Shown here: piece by piece, positions 8,919 through 17,009 of the stretch
Numbering within the stretch: position 1 is the first letter of the stretch
Layout of the letters: each line of letters begins with the position of its first letter
Assembly: GCA_965249135.1 (NCBI GenBank)
Contig: OZ252220.1
Location: forward strand, 1,120,001 to 1,184,000
Direction: 5' to 3'
Source: Alphaproteobacteria bacterium
Lineage (GTDB): Bacteria > Pseudomonadota > Alphaproteobacteria > GCA-2746255
DNA length: 64,000 bases
The notes under the pieces: model-generated
Seen by the model: the letters and a program-made list of their open reading frames with translations, nothing else
The model's database searches: none
Told to the model about the DNA's origin: nothing
Position numbers and translations under genes: made by a program

Positions 8919-10355
8919 TTAGACGACCCCGGAGGGGCCGTAGTTGATAGGTTTCGACCAGTCGCTCGACTGGCCTTCGGATTCCAACACGCTGCGATCC
9001 TCGCCCATGCCGAGGTTGAGGTACTGCCCGGCCTCGCATGGGTGGGAATATCGGTTCTTGTCCGGCTTCGATTGATACCGCTCTTCGTTCGCCAGGCGGA
9101 GGCGGCGGTAGGCGTAGCCCCCGGCCATGCCCTTGCGGGTGATGATGCACTTCGGCGAGAGGAGGAGCCGGGGCCTGCCGTCGACCAGCTCCGAAAGTGG
9201 TTGCGCTACGGCCTCCCGGCGCACGGTGAAATCGTTGGTGATGGCGGGCATCGCATCGACGCCGACGGTGGCGAGGATCTGGAACACGGTGGTCTCGTCG
9301 GTCTGCGCCTCGGCCTCTCCGGCCGGGTCGCCCGTGATCGTGCCGACATGGAATCCTGGATAGTCGCGCCGGATCTTCGCCTTCAACTCCATGCCGAAAT
9401 TCTTGGCCCCCATGCGGATCGCGCAAAGCTCGTCGAACCACTGGATCCGGCCCATCGGGAGACGCTGGCCGAAGATGGCGGCGGGCGTCAACCCGAAGTC
9501 GAGGCCGAGCTCGATGTCGATGCCCGACACCGGATCGCATGGCTGGCAATGCACGCTGTCGAAGTATTCCTGGTAGACCGGTTGGCCCTCCATGACGAAG
9601 CCGTAATCGTTCGCCAAGTAGACCTTGATCCAATCGTCCTTCTTCGCGGCGAGCTGGTTCCGGTAGTAGTTGGGCGGCAGGTTCGGAAGGTTTTCGGCCT
9701 TCAGGTTGAGGGCCCAGGCGTCGCCGCTCTTGAACACCGCGCCGGGCTGGCGGAAGAATTCCCACCCCTCCGGGTGCGTCTCCTCGGCGAGGCCGTAGTA
9801 CCAATGGTCCTGATCCGGGGCGTTCGTGTCGCCGATGATGCCGTGCCAGGTGGGGCCGCCGTCGCGCATCGCCGGGTAGCGGCCGACGCGTCCGGTCAGC
9901 ATGTCGACGATCGACTTCGGGACGTCGCGCACCTCGTTCAGGAAAGCCCCGGTGAGCTCCATGCCGAGGATCTTCTTGATGGCGTCCGGGGAATCGAGCG
10001 CCAGGAAGATGACCTCGGCCTCGACGCAGGTCTTGTCGGGAAGACGGAAGCTCAGGTTATGGGTCGGCGGGTGGCCATGCACCATGCGGCCGAAGCGTTC
10101 ATCGAAGATCCCTTCCCAGGACTTCATCGTCGTCGTCTCGAGCTCGGGATAGGTCGAGCGGATGGCGACCCACCGGGTCCGCCGCACGTTGCGGCTGTCG
10201 GGGGCTTGCTCACAGGCGCGCCGGTAGATCTCCATGCAAGCCGCCGTCGTCTTGCCGGATCCGAGCGGCCCCATGATGAGGCGGACGAAGGCCTCCGAGA
10301 GATGGAACCGCCGCAGCGTCTCCCCGGCCGGGCGGTAGTTGAGGCTAATGTCCAG
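8919..10355 (-). CDS. terL: Terminase large subunit (probable CTG start)
   Basis: IMGPLGSGKT Walker A, AFLNEVR Walker B, IGDTNAP, LGLDFGLTPA nuclease domain; AGGAGG SD 6 nt before CTG 10355. Confidence 0.9.
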   Translation of the reverse strand: MDISLNYRPAGETLRRFHLSEAFVRLIMGPLGSGKTTAACMEIYRRACEQAPDSRNVRRTRWVAIRSTYPELETTTMKSWEGIFDERFGRMVHGHPPTHNLSFRLPDKTCVEAEVIFLALDSPDAIKKILGMELTGAFLNEVRDVPKSIVDMLTGRVGRYPAMRDGGPTWHGIIGDTNAPDQDHWYYGLAEETHPEGWEFFRQPGAVFKSGDAWALNLKAENLPNLPPNYYRNQLAAKKDDWIKVYLANDYGFVMEGQPVYQEYFDSVHCQPCDPVSGIDIELGLDFGLTPAAIFGQRLPMGRIQWFDELCAIRMGAKNFGMELKAKIRRDYPGFHVGTITGDPAGEAEAQTDETTVFQILATVGVDAMPAITNDFTVRREAVAQPLSELVDGRPRLLLSPKCIITRKGMAGGYAYRRLRLANEERYQSKPDKNRYSHPCEAGQYLNLGMGEDRSVLESEGQSSDWSKPINYGPSGVV

Positions 10356-10488
10356 GAGGAACCTCCTCCTTTTCGTCAGGCCGGAAATAGGCCTCCTCCG
10401 GTTCTGGAATTGGCATCCTCTCCCCGCCCGGCCCCTTCTCATACGGAAAATCGTTCGGATGCGTCGGCAGTTTGATGAAGTCGCTCAT
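10345..10488 (-). CDS. 47-aa ORF linking terS and terL
   Basis: ATGA overlap with terS stop; MSDFIKLPTHPNDFPYEKGPGG...VPPGH*; overlaps the terL start. Confidence 0.5.
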   Translation of the reverse strand: MSDFIKLPTHPNDFPYEKGPGGERMPIPEPEEAYFRPDEKEEVPPGH

Positions 10489-11054
10489 GCTGGCTCTACC
10501 TTCTCGATCAGTGGTGACGGTGGGGTGACGTCCTTGGGCGGGGTCTCGCCGAAGCCGAGGTCGATGACGTGGTGGACCGTGACGTCGTGCTCGACCTTGT
10601 CCTGCAGCATCCCGAGATTCCGCATGAGCAGCTCGAGGGCTTTGACCTTCCCGTGCAGCTTGAACTTCGTGCTCTTCACGTCCCGGGCGTCGTCGCCCTT
10701 GCCGGTCACGTATTCGCCCTGGACGATTTCCTGGACGGCGCGGAGGCCGCTTTCCGGCAGGTGCGAGAAGTCGAGATAGATCTCCCCGGCCTCGTTGATG
10801 TGGACATAGTCGTCCATGGTCGACAGGCCGAGGTACTTTAGCTCCTCGATGATCCGCTCCTTCGTGATGCCAGCCTTAAAGGCCGCTGCGTTCTGACGAT
10901 TCTTGATGAGTGCCGCAACGTCGACATCCGTCAGCAACCGGGAGCCTTGGGACTTAGCGGTTCTCTTCGAGTAACCCGAACGGATGGCTGCTTGGGTTGC
11001 ATTGGGGTCAACAACGTATTCCTCAACGAAGCGCAACTTTCTGGGGGTCATCAT
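10485..11054 (-). CDS. terS: Terminase small subunit
   Basis: RFVEEYVVDPNATQAAIRSGYSKRTAKSQGSRLL and KVKALELL motifs. Confidence 0.9.
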   Translation of the reverse strand: MMTPRKLRFVEEYVVDPNATQAAIRSGYSKRTAKSQGSRLLTDVDVAALIKNRQNAAAFKAGITKERIIEELKYLGLSTMDDYVHINEAGEIYLDFSHLPESGLRAVQEIVQGEYVTGKGDDARDVKSTKFKLHGKVKALELLMRNLGMLQDKVEHDVTVHHVIDLGFGETPPKDVTPPSPLIEKVEPA

Positions 11055-11121
11055 GTCGTGCCGTTCCTCATAGTGCACGACGCGAGGGGGTGGAGACTTG
11101 AGCGTTGGTGCCCCTGCATGC

Positions 11122-11730
11122 CTAAACGGCCTCTCCGGTGGCTGGTGCACTGCCCGCAGCGCGTTGGGCGAAGCCGCCGAAGGCGCGGGGGCCGGTGAGG
11201 CTGGCGCGATCAAGCAGCGCCATGCAGGCGCGGATCTCCTTGCCGGTGATTTTCCAGTTGCGCCACGGGCAGGCGTTCCATTCCTGTTCGGACCTGAAGC
11301 CCTTATCGTGGAGATACTCGACCTGGGCGAGAAGCTGGAGGCGGTTGCGGATGTGGCTTTCGAGGCAGCGCTTGAGCGCGGCGGGGACGAGCTTGCCTGC
11401 GCGGGCCTCGAGATCGCGGAAGGCTTCGGCGGTGAGTTCGGGAACGCGGCGGCCGGCGTAGTCGAACTGCTCGCGGCGGTTGATGATCTTCCCCTCTCCA
11501 CGAGCGGCCGCCGAGCTCTCGGGGATACATCGGCGAATGTCCGCAGGCTTCGGGAAGGTGAGCTTGTCCCAGGTTTCCATGCACCGCGCGAAGCCGATGG
11601 CGAGCGGCGGGCCCTGGAAATTCTTGAGAACCTGGCGGTACTGCACGGCCCAGGCGTCGATGCCAGCCTGGGTCTTGAAGAAACCTGGGTAGAGCTTGGC
11701 AAGCTCCTCAACCAATTCATTGATCTGCAT
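11122..11730 (-). CDS. Phage replication-associated protein (helicase-loader-like, tentative)
   Basis: Follows the initiator gene; FPKPADIR motif. Confidence 0.55.
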   Translation of the reverse strand: MQINELVEELAKLYPGFFKTQAGIDAWAVQYRQVLKNFQGPPLAIGFARCMETWDKLTFPKPADIRRCIPESSAAARGEGKIINRREQFDYAGRRVPELTAEAFRDLEARAGKLVPAALKRCLESHIRNRLQLLAQVEYLHDKGFRSEQEWNACPWRNWKITGKEIRACMALLDRASLTGPRAFGGFAQRAAGSAPATGEAV

Positions 11731-12583
11731 TTTTGGCGTCCTCTTCGTTCCATTGCCCGGTGAGCGCGGCGCTGACCTTGGGCGGGGCCTTGTCGCGCTG
11801 CTCGAGGCAGGCGGTGATCCAGCCGATCGGGTCGGCGCGGTTGTCGCGTTGCGCGCCGGCGAGCTGGTCGTAGACGGCGTGGTGATCGTCGCCCGTGAGC
11901 TTCAGCCAGCGGCCGATGACGGCGCGGGATCCCTTGCGGGTGCGCTCGGTGTGGGTGGCGAGCCAGTCGAGGCCCTGGCGGAACAGCAGCACGGACCAGT
12001 CGCCGTCCGGCGGCCTCAGCATCGAGAGCGGGATGTCGAGCAGGTCCTCGTCGTTGCCGTTCGGTTTCGTTCCCGTGACCGGCTCGGGAAATTCAGGATC
12101 CGCCGGAGGCGCATCGGGCGCGACGCAAGGCGCGGCAGTCGAAGGAGCTTTAGCTCCTGAGACTGAATCCTTTCCTTTCCCTTCCTCTCCCTTCCCTTCC
12201 TCTCCGGGGGTAAGCGGTCGAGGAGGATTCGTTGGTTGTTCGGCGAGCTTTCGACGAGCAGGCGGCGAAGGGTGTCGGAGCGTCGGTCGATCAATCCGCT
12301 GGTGCTTCCACCCCGTAACTATCAGATAATGCTTATCTTCTACCGAGTAGGTCTCGATCAGCCCGACCGTGGCGAGCTCTTCGAGTAGTTGGATGATCTC
12401 GTCGTCGCTGTACTGGTCGCCGGGAAAGACCTCCATCTTGATCCGGCGCGGCGAGTAGGGATGGACGCCGCCGTCGTCGCAGAAACACCACAGCCCGATG
12501 AACAGTAGTCGAGCGGTCGGCGAGCACTCGACGACCTGCTCGCTGGAGAAGAACTCCGGCTTGACGGTACGGATACGTGCCAT
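11717..12583 (-). CDS. Phage replication initiation protein
   Basis: MARIRTVKPEFFSSE..ARLLFIGLWCFCDDGG N-terminus, WKHQRIDRP, EGKGEEGKG linker. Confidence 0.8.
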   Translation of the reverse strand: MARIRTVKPEFFSSEQVVECSPTARLLFIGLWCFCDDGGVHPYSPRRIKMEVFPGDQYSDDEIIQLLEELATVGLIETYSVEDKHYLIVTGWKHQRIDRPTLRHPSPPARRKLAEQPTNPPRPLTPGEEGKGEEGKGKDSVSGAKAPSTAAPCVAPDAPPADPEFPEPVTGTKPNGNDEDLLDIPLSMLRPPDGDWSVLLFRQGLDWLATHTERTRKGSRAVIGRWLKLTGDDHHAVYDQLAGAQRDNRADPIGWITACLEQRDKAPPKVSAALTGQWNEEDAKNADQ

Positions 12584-12930
12584 TCAACCTCTCCCTGGGG
12601 TTTTGGTGGAACAGACGCGGATCTCGGTGCGCGGCCGCTCGTCGTATTCCTTGTGGGCCAGGACCCCCCACACGAGCGCGTCGTCCGCAATCACGGTCTT
12701 GTTCAGGCCGTCGGGCACGCTCTTCACCAGGTTGTCGAGATCCGGGCGGGTGGAGTGGGCGAGCGCGCCGCACTTGGCGGCGTCCTTCTTCCACTTCGGC
12801 CAGGACTTGCGGATCGGGAAGCAGAAGGTGGCCTCGAGATAGACTTGCGGATCGGGAAGCAGAAGGTGGCCTCGAGATAGACCGGCGTCTCGATGGGCGG
12901 CTTGCCCCGCATGGCCTCGCGGCCGCTCAC
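12584..12930 (-). pseudogene. rusA: RusA-family Holliday junction resolvase, frameshifted
   Basis: PV.LE..F.FPIRKS then WPKWK..RPDLDNLVK..DGLN..VIADD in another frame; 38-bp tandem duplication at 12804-12879. Confidence 0.85.
12804..12882. repeat. 38-bp perfect tandem duplication
   Basis: GACTTGCGGATCGGGAAGCAGAAGGTGGCCTCGAGATA twice, followed by GAC. Confidence 0.95.
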
Positions 12931-13214
12931 GCTGCCTCCTTCAATAATTCGCGCACCTTCTCAAGGAGTTCTCTTTGCGTCCCGTAACGCGCCTCCCAGG
13001 TTTTCACGCCATTGTGAAGGGCTACGCCCCGGGGGCCGTTCTGGTGATGCGGCAGGTAAAGTGGAATCGTCTCGAAATCCGCGGCTTTACGTCCCATGTC
13101 CTGCCCGGTCAGGTGGTGGATGGAGGCGGGAGAGAAGCAGTGGCCTTCATTGCGGCAAACGATGCAACCAAGCGCCGCAACGCGGGCGAGGTGGTTCTTC
13201 TCCTCGCGTCTCAT
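12927..13214 (-). CDS. Ref-family (recombination enhancement) HNH-like nuclease
   Basis: LARVAALGCIVC, IHH, IPLYLPHH, YGTQRELL. Confidence 0.75.
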   Translation of the reverse strand: MRREEKNHLARVAALGCIVCRNEGHCFSPASIHHLTGQDMGRKAADFETIPLYLPHHQNGPRGVALHNGVKTWEARYGTQRELLEKVRELLKEAA

Positions 13215-13225
13215 GGAGCCTCCAC

Positions 13226-13265
13226 AAAAAAAGCGGCACCACCGGGCTTAGGGTCCCGGGGTGCC
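13226..13265 (-). terminator. Intrinsic terminator in the cro-cII transcript
   Basis: GGCACC-CCGGG/CCCGG-T-GGTGCC stem followed by GC and T7 on the - strand. Confidence 0.7.
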
Positions 13266-13290
13266 AAAGGGAGGGAGGAAGAAGAATTTC

Positions 13291-13524
13291 TCATAGCTTG
13301 GCTGCCTGAATAGGGAAACCCTTGTCCGGCCCGAAGCACTCAAGCGGCACCCCGCCGGCCTCGAGGATCGCCTCTTCGATTTCCCAATCGGTCAGGAAGA
13401 AATCGCGGCCAGGCTCCGGAGCCGTATTTCGAAGGGCTTGGCGGGCCTCGTCGGCGGTGAGCGCACCTCTCCGAATGTTCCGGATGGTCGGGACGACGCG
13501 CTTGTCCTTCGTGACCCAGGCCAT
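13291..13524 (-). CDS. Phage hypothetical protein
   Basis: ATG overlapping the cII-like stop; MAWVTKDKRVVPTIRNIRRG. Confidence 0.55.
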   Translation of the reverse strand: MAWVTKDKRVVPTIRNIRRGALTADEARQALRNTAPEPGRDFFLTDWEIEEAILEAGGVPLECFGPDKGFPIQAAKL

Positions 13525-14036
13525 CAAGCCCCCTTTAGACGATTGATCGTCGGGAAGGTGTTCGACTCGACGTCCTTCGCGAGTAGCTGGAGAGCGCGGA
13601 TCGCTTCGTCGATCTGGGTCTGCACTTCTGCCGCCGCCTTCGGCGAAATCTGCATATCGTCGGTCAGGGCGGTGTGATAGGCGTCGACCGCCTCCGTACC
13701 TTCGCGAAAGACCTCTATCACGCGGGAAAGCGCCGGCGCCGGCTCATGGTCAGGCGCCCCGCCCAAGGCCTCGACCTTCTTCTCGATCAATGCCTTGGTG
13801 GCCTCGATAATCGCTGGAGGCTGGCCCTGTAGGACAAGATGGGCGTCGATCTCGATCGCCTGGAAAAGCGGAATGTGATGGGTGTCGCAATCCGGGTCCG
13901 CCCATTTACGGACCAGCGATGCGGACTTTCCGGTGATCTCGGTGACGGCGACGTCGCCAAGCATGGCGTGGGCGTAGTGAACGCCGCCCTCGATTGAGGG
14001 GTGGGCGCGGGGCTTGCAGCGTCGGGTCTCCTTCAC
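13524..14036 (-). CDS. CII-like phage regulatory protein
   Basis: Downstream of cro; HTH-like GKSASLVRKWADPD; GGAGGAG SD. Confidence 0.65.
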   Translation of the reverse strand: MKETRRCKPRAHPSIEGGVHYAHAMLGDVAVTEITGKSASLVRKWADPDCDTHHIPLFQAIEIDAHLVLQGQPPAIIEATKALIEKKVEALGGAPDHEPAPALSRVIEVFREGTEAVDAYHTALTDDMQISPKAAAEVQTQIDEAIRALQLLAKDVESNTFPTINRLKGA

Positions 14037-14143
14037 CTATCCACTCCTCCGGCTCTCTTGCACAAGACGGCCTCCGTTTCGTCTGCCAGGATCGCCGTCA
14101 TGCCGAATTGGGTCCTCTTCGGTGAAACCACCGCCCGTGTCGT

Positions 14144-14362
14144 TCAGGCGGCGTCCTGCGGTGGGTATAAATCTGGGCGGAGCTCGGAGCGCGTCACCTG
14201 CCCGCCGGTTGCGCGTTCGACGGCGAGCACGCGATCGGCGGGGACCTTGTCCCATTGCGATATGGCTTGCCGGGTGATTCCGACGAGCTTCGCAAGACGG
14301 CCAAAAGAGCTAACAATCTCGGCGGCGCGGTTGATGGCTTTGCGTTCCGGGCTCTCGGTCAT
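14144..14362 (-). CDS. cro: Cro-like repressor (YdaS family)
   Basis: LAKLVGITRQAISQW..VPADRVLAVERATGGQVTRSELRPDLY. Confidence 0.9.
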   Translation of the reverse strand: MTESPERKAINRAAEIVSSFGRLAKLVGITRQAISQWDKVPADRVLAVERATGGQVTRSELRPDLYPPQDAA

Positions 14363-14373
14363 GGCTTCATCTA

Positions 14374-14445
14374 TAAAGCATTGCTTTACTATAAGTCAAG
14401 CAACGCTTTGGTGACGCCGCCCGGGTGCAAAGACACAATGACGGT
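14374..14445. promoter_or_regulatory. OR operators with divergent PR and PRM-like promoters
   Basis: TAAAGCATTGCTTTA (14374-14388) and TCAAGCAACGCTTTG (14396-14410); - strand TTGACT-18-TATAGA; + strand GTGACG-17-CACAAT. Confidence 0.75.
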
Positions 14446-15138
14446 ATGGTTGATCTTCAATTAACAGGGCGCACCATCGGTCAACGGTTGCGCTCCGCGC
14501 GCGCCGCCGCCAATCAGACGCAGGAAGAAGTTGCCGATGTCGCCGGGATTTCTCCGCAGGCTGTTTCGCAATGGGAATCAGATCGCACGCGGCCAGACCA
14601 AGAAAAATTGGCGCATTTGGCTAAACACTTTCGGGTGTACCTTGAGTGGTTGCTAACCGGACAAGGCCCAAAAATTAACGGAGTAGAGCTCGCGCCAGCT
14701 TCGCTTGGGAACAAGATGGTCCCCGTGATCGACCGAGTGGAAGCAGGCATGTGGGGAGAAACGGCAGATGCCTATGCACCAGGTTCGGGGTCGTCATCAC
14801 TGATGACCGACTACCCCGTCAGCAAAGATTCCTTCGCGCTCGATATTATCGGAACAAGCATGAGTCCGGAGTTCACGCCCGGCGACCGCGTCATCATCGA
14901 CCCGACCATCTCACCTCGCCCTGGCGATTTTGTGGTGGCGAAGCGTGATGTGGACGAGGCCGCAACCTTCAAAAAGTACCGCGAACGCGGAAGCGACCCG
15001 GCGGGCAAGCCAATCGTTGAGCTCGTGCCCCTCAATTCCGACTGGCCGACACTCCTCATCGACGCCGACCATCCGGGGCGGATCATCGGCACAATGATTG
15101 AGCATCGTCGCTACCGTCCGCATCATAAAGACATGTAA
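14446..15138 (+). CDS. cI: CI-like repressor (HTH + S24 autopeptidase)
   Basis: HTH QEEVADVAGISPQAVSQWE; AG cleavage site (VEAG); catalytic Ser (GTSMSP) and Lys (ATFKKY). Confidence 0.92.
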   Translation: MVDLQLTGRTIGQRLRSARAAANQTQEEVADVAGISPQAVSQWESDRTRPDQEKLAHLAKHFRVYLEWLLTGQGPKINGVELAPASLGNKMVPVIDRVEAGMWGETADAYAPGSGSSSLMTDYPVSKDSFALDIIGTSMSPEFTPGDRVIIDPTISPRPGDFVVAKRDVDEAATFKKYRERGSDPAGKPIVELVPLNSDWPTLLIDADHPGRIIGTMIEHRRYRPHHKDM

Positions 15139-15142
15139 AACA

Positions 15143-15361
15143 ATGATTAAAACGTCTGTCTGCGTTGCGGCCGCTCTCGTTGCCGTTGCGCTCCTGGTGA
15201 CGCTCTCGTTCTCGATCTTGCCGCAGGGCAGCACCGGCAATCTTTGGATTGTGAACAAGCTGACCGGCCATGCGCGGCTGTGTCTGCCGCCTCATCCTAA
15301 CGGGGAGATTGAGTGCCTTCCTTGGTCGCAGGCCGTTTACGCCACTCCCACGGAGCCGTGA
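15143..15361 (+). CDS. Small membrane/exported protein downstream of cI
   Basis: ATG 4 nt after the cI stop; hydrophobic N-terminus; WIVNKLTG..RLC..C motif. Confidence 0.6.
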   Translation: MIKTSVCVAAALVAVALLVTLSFSILPQGSTGNLWIVNKLTGHARLCLPPHPNGEIECLPWSQAVYATPTEP

Positions 15362-15785
15362 ACCTGCCCGCCCACACCCCTGCCCTCGCCGCTTTCGCTT
15401 CCTCCTCCTCCGGCACGTAACGCTTCGAGTATTTCCGGTAGGCAAGCGCGTGGCCCTGGCGGACGAGCTCGGATCCAACGTCCACGCCATCAACCCAGCA
15501 GATCGCTACTATGCGCCCATAGCGGTCCTTGCCAGTAGGCTCGCACACGAGCTCGCCGCGCTTGAGCATCATGCGCAGCACCTCCTTCGCCTCTTCGCCG
15601 CACCTGTAAGTTTTTCCGTTCCGTTCACAAGATTGTGTGATCTCTGGCGTGTCGATTCCGTAAAGCCGGATGCGCTCACCACCTGGACCGACCAATGTGT
15701 CGCCGTCAATCACCGGACCGGCAACGCCTAGCCGGACGGCGATGAATGTCAAGACGAACGCAGCAACGGCGAGCGACCTTTTCAC
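15297..15785 (-). CDS. Thermonuclease (SNase-like) with signal peptide
   Basis: VIDGDTL, RIRLYGIDTPE, DRYGRIVA, LVRQGHA, EEEAKAARAGVW; probable GTG start 15785. Confidence 0.88.
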   Translation of the reverse strand: MKRSLAVAAFVLTFIAVRLGVAGPVIDGDTLVGPGGERIRLYGIDTPEITQSCERNGKTYRCGEEAKEVLRMMLKRGELVCEPTGKDRYGRIVAICWVDGVDVGSELVRQGHALAYRKYSKRYVPEEEEAKAARAGVWAGRFTAPWEWRKRPATKEGTQSPR

Positions 15786-15849
15786 GAGTTCCTCCGGGCG
15801 GCTCTTTTGTGCGGCCGGCAGGATGCCACAGCGGCCCTTCATAAGGCTA

Positions 15850-15910
15850 TAAAGCAAAACTTTAGTGATTTAAGCAATACTTGACACTTGGTAAAGTAAT
15901 GCTTTATAGT
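15850..15910 (+). promoter_or_regulatory. OL operators and PL-like promoter
   Basis: TAAAGCAAAACTTTA (15850), TTAAGCAATACTTGA (15870), TAAAGTAATGCTTTA (15892); TTGACA(15881)-18-TATAGT. Confidence 0.8.
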
Positions 15911-15937
15911 CGCCTCCAACGATCAACGGAGGCAGCC

Positions 15938-16249
15938 ATGCCAGAATACCTCACCCCCCGAGACGCGGCCCGCGAGGCGGAGAGCCTAGAGAGCGAGAAA
16001 GCAATCCTCGCCCGGCTCCTCGAAGCGTTTGACGCCTTCCTCTCGGCCACCAGGGACGCCATCGGCGACCTAAATCATCCCTCCGAAATCGAATCCTTCC
16101 TTGAAATGCTGGAGTCAGCCGACGCCGACTACTTGAGAGCGGCTTTCCGGGAAATCAACGAAAAGATCAGCGAGGCCCGTTCCGCCGAGGACACCTTCTA
16201 CGAAAACCAGGAACGCTCACAAACCGCCTTCCGGCAGGCAGGTGTGTGA
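15938..16249 (+). CDS. First early-operon hypothetical protein
   Basis: GGAGG SD, ATG 15938, helical acidic protein MPEYLTPRDAARE. Confidence 0.7.
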   Translation: MPEYLTPRDAAREAESLESEKAILARLLEAFDAFLSATRDAIGDLNHPSEIESFLEMLESADADYLRAAFREINEKISEARSAEDTFYENQERSQTAFRQAGV

Positions 16250-16911
16250 TGACGCATCAGATTAAAAATCGTTTTAGCGGAGCCGTCATTTTCGAGGCAG
16301 TTACGGACCTGCGTAGGGCGGACCTGCATGGGGCGGACCTGCGCGAGGCGGGCCTGCGCGAGGCGGACCTGCGCGAGGCGGACCTGCGCGGGACGAACCT
16401 GCGCGGGGCGGACCTATTCGATGCGGACCTGTGTTGGGCGAACCTGGGCAAGGCGGACCTGCGCGAGGCGAACCTGCGTGGGACGGACCTGCACGGGGCG
16501 AACCTGCGCGAGGCGGACCTGCGCGGGACGGACCTGCGCGGGGCGGACCTGCGCGAGGCGGACCTGTACAAGGCGGACCTGCGCGGGGCGGACCTGCGCG
16601 GGACGGACCTGCGCGGGGCGGACCTGTGTGAGGCGAACCTGCGCGGGGCGGACCTGCGTGGGGCGGACCTGCGCGAACAGGGCATTTTGCAAATCAATGG
16701 CGGCCTGGCCTGGCCCATTTTAATCTGGCCAACCGAAATGACTATCGGCCGTGAATGCCACACCCATGAAGAGTGGAGTGCGTTTTCCGACCGCAAAATT
16801 GCTGCGATAGACGGCAAGAATGCCCTGACGTTCTGGCGCGAAAATAAGGACTGGCTTTTAGATCGCTGCCGGTGGGCCGCCACGTTCCAGAAAAAAGAGA
16901 GGGCGTCATGA
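16249..16911 (+). CDS. Pentapeptide repeat protein, copy 1 (25 units)
   Basis: A(D/N)LXX tract 16303-16677 between [13 protein letters not shown]-cap and a W-rich C-terminal domain. Confidence 0.92.
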   Translation: MTHQIKNRFSGAVIFEAVTDLRRADLHGADLREAGLREADLREADLRGTNLRGADLFDADLCWANLGKADLREANLRGTDLHGANLREADLRGTDLRGADLREADLYKADLRGADLRGTDLRGADLCEANLRGADLRGADLREQGILQINGGLAWPILIWPTEMTIGRECHTHEEWSAFSDRKIAAIDGKNALTFWRENKDWLLDRCRWAATFQKKERAS

Positions 16912-17009
16912 CCCGGCAGGCCATCCAGGAGGCCCGTTCCGCCGGGGACACCTTCTGTGAAAACCAGGAACGCTCACAAACCGCCTTCCGGCAGGCAGGT
17001 GTGCGGTGA
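16908..17009 (+). CDS. 33-aa linker ORF 1
   Basis: [33 protein letters not shown]; ATGA overlap upstream and GTGA overlap downstream. Confidence 0.45.
   Translation: MTRQAIQEARSAGDTFCENQERSQTAFRQAGVR

Noticed and set aside
10485-11753. 422-aa extended terS
   Set aside because: The extension overlaps the 11122-11730 gene; the TerS motif begins at 11054
12168-12204. Purine-rich GGAAG repeats in the initiator gene as replication origin
   Set aside because: Plausible by analogy with lambda O, but indistinguishable from an EGKG low-complexity linker without data
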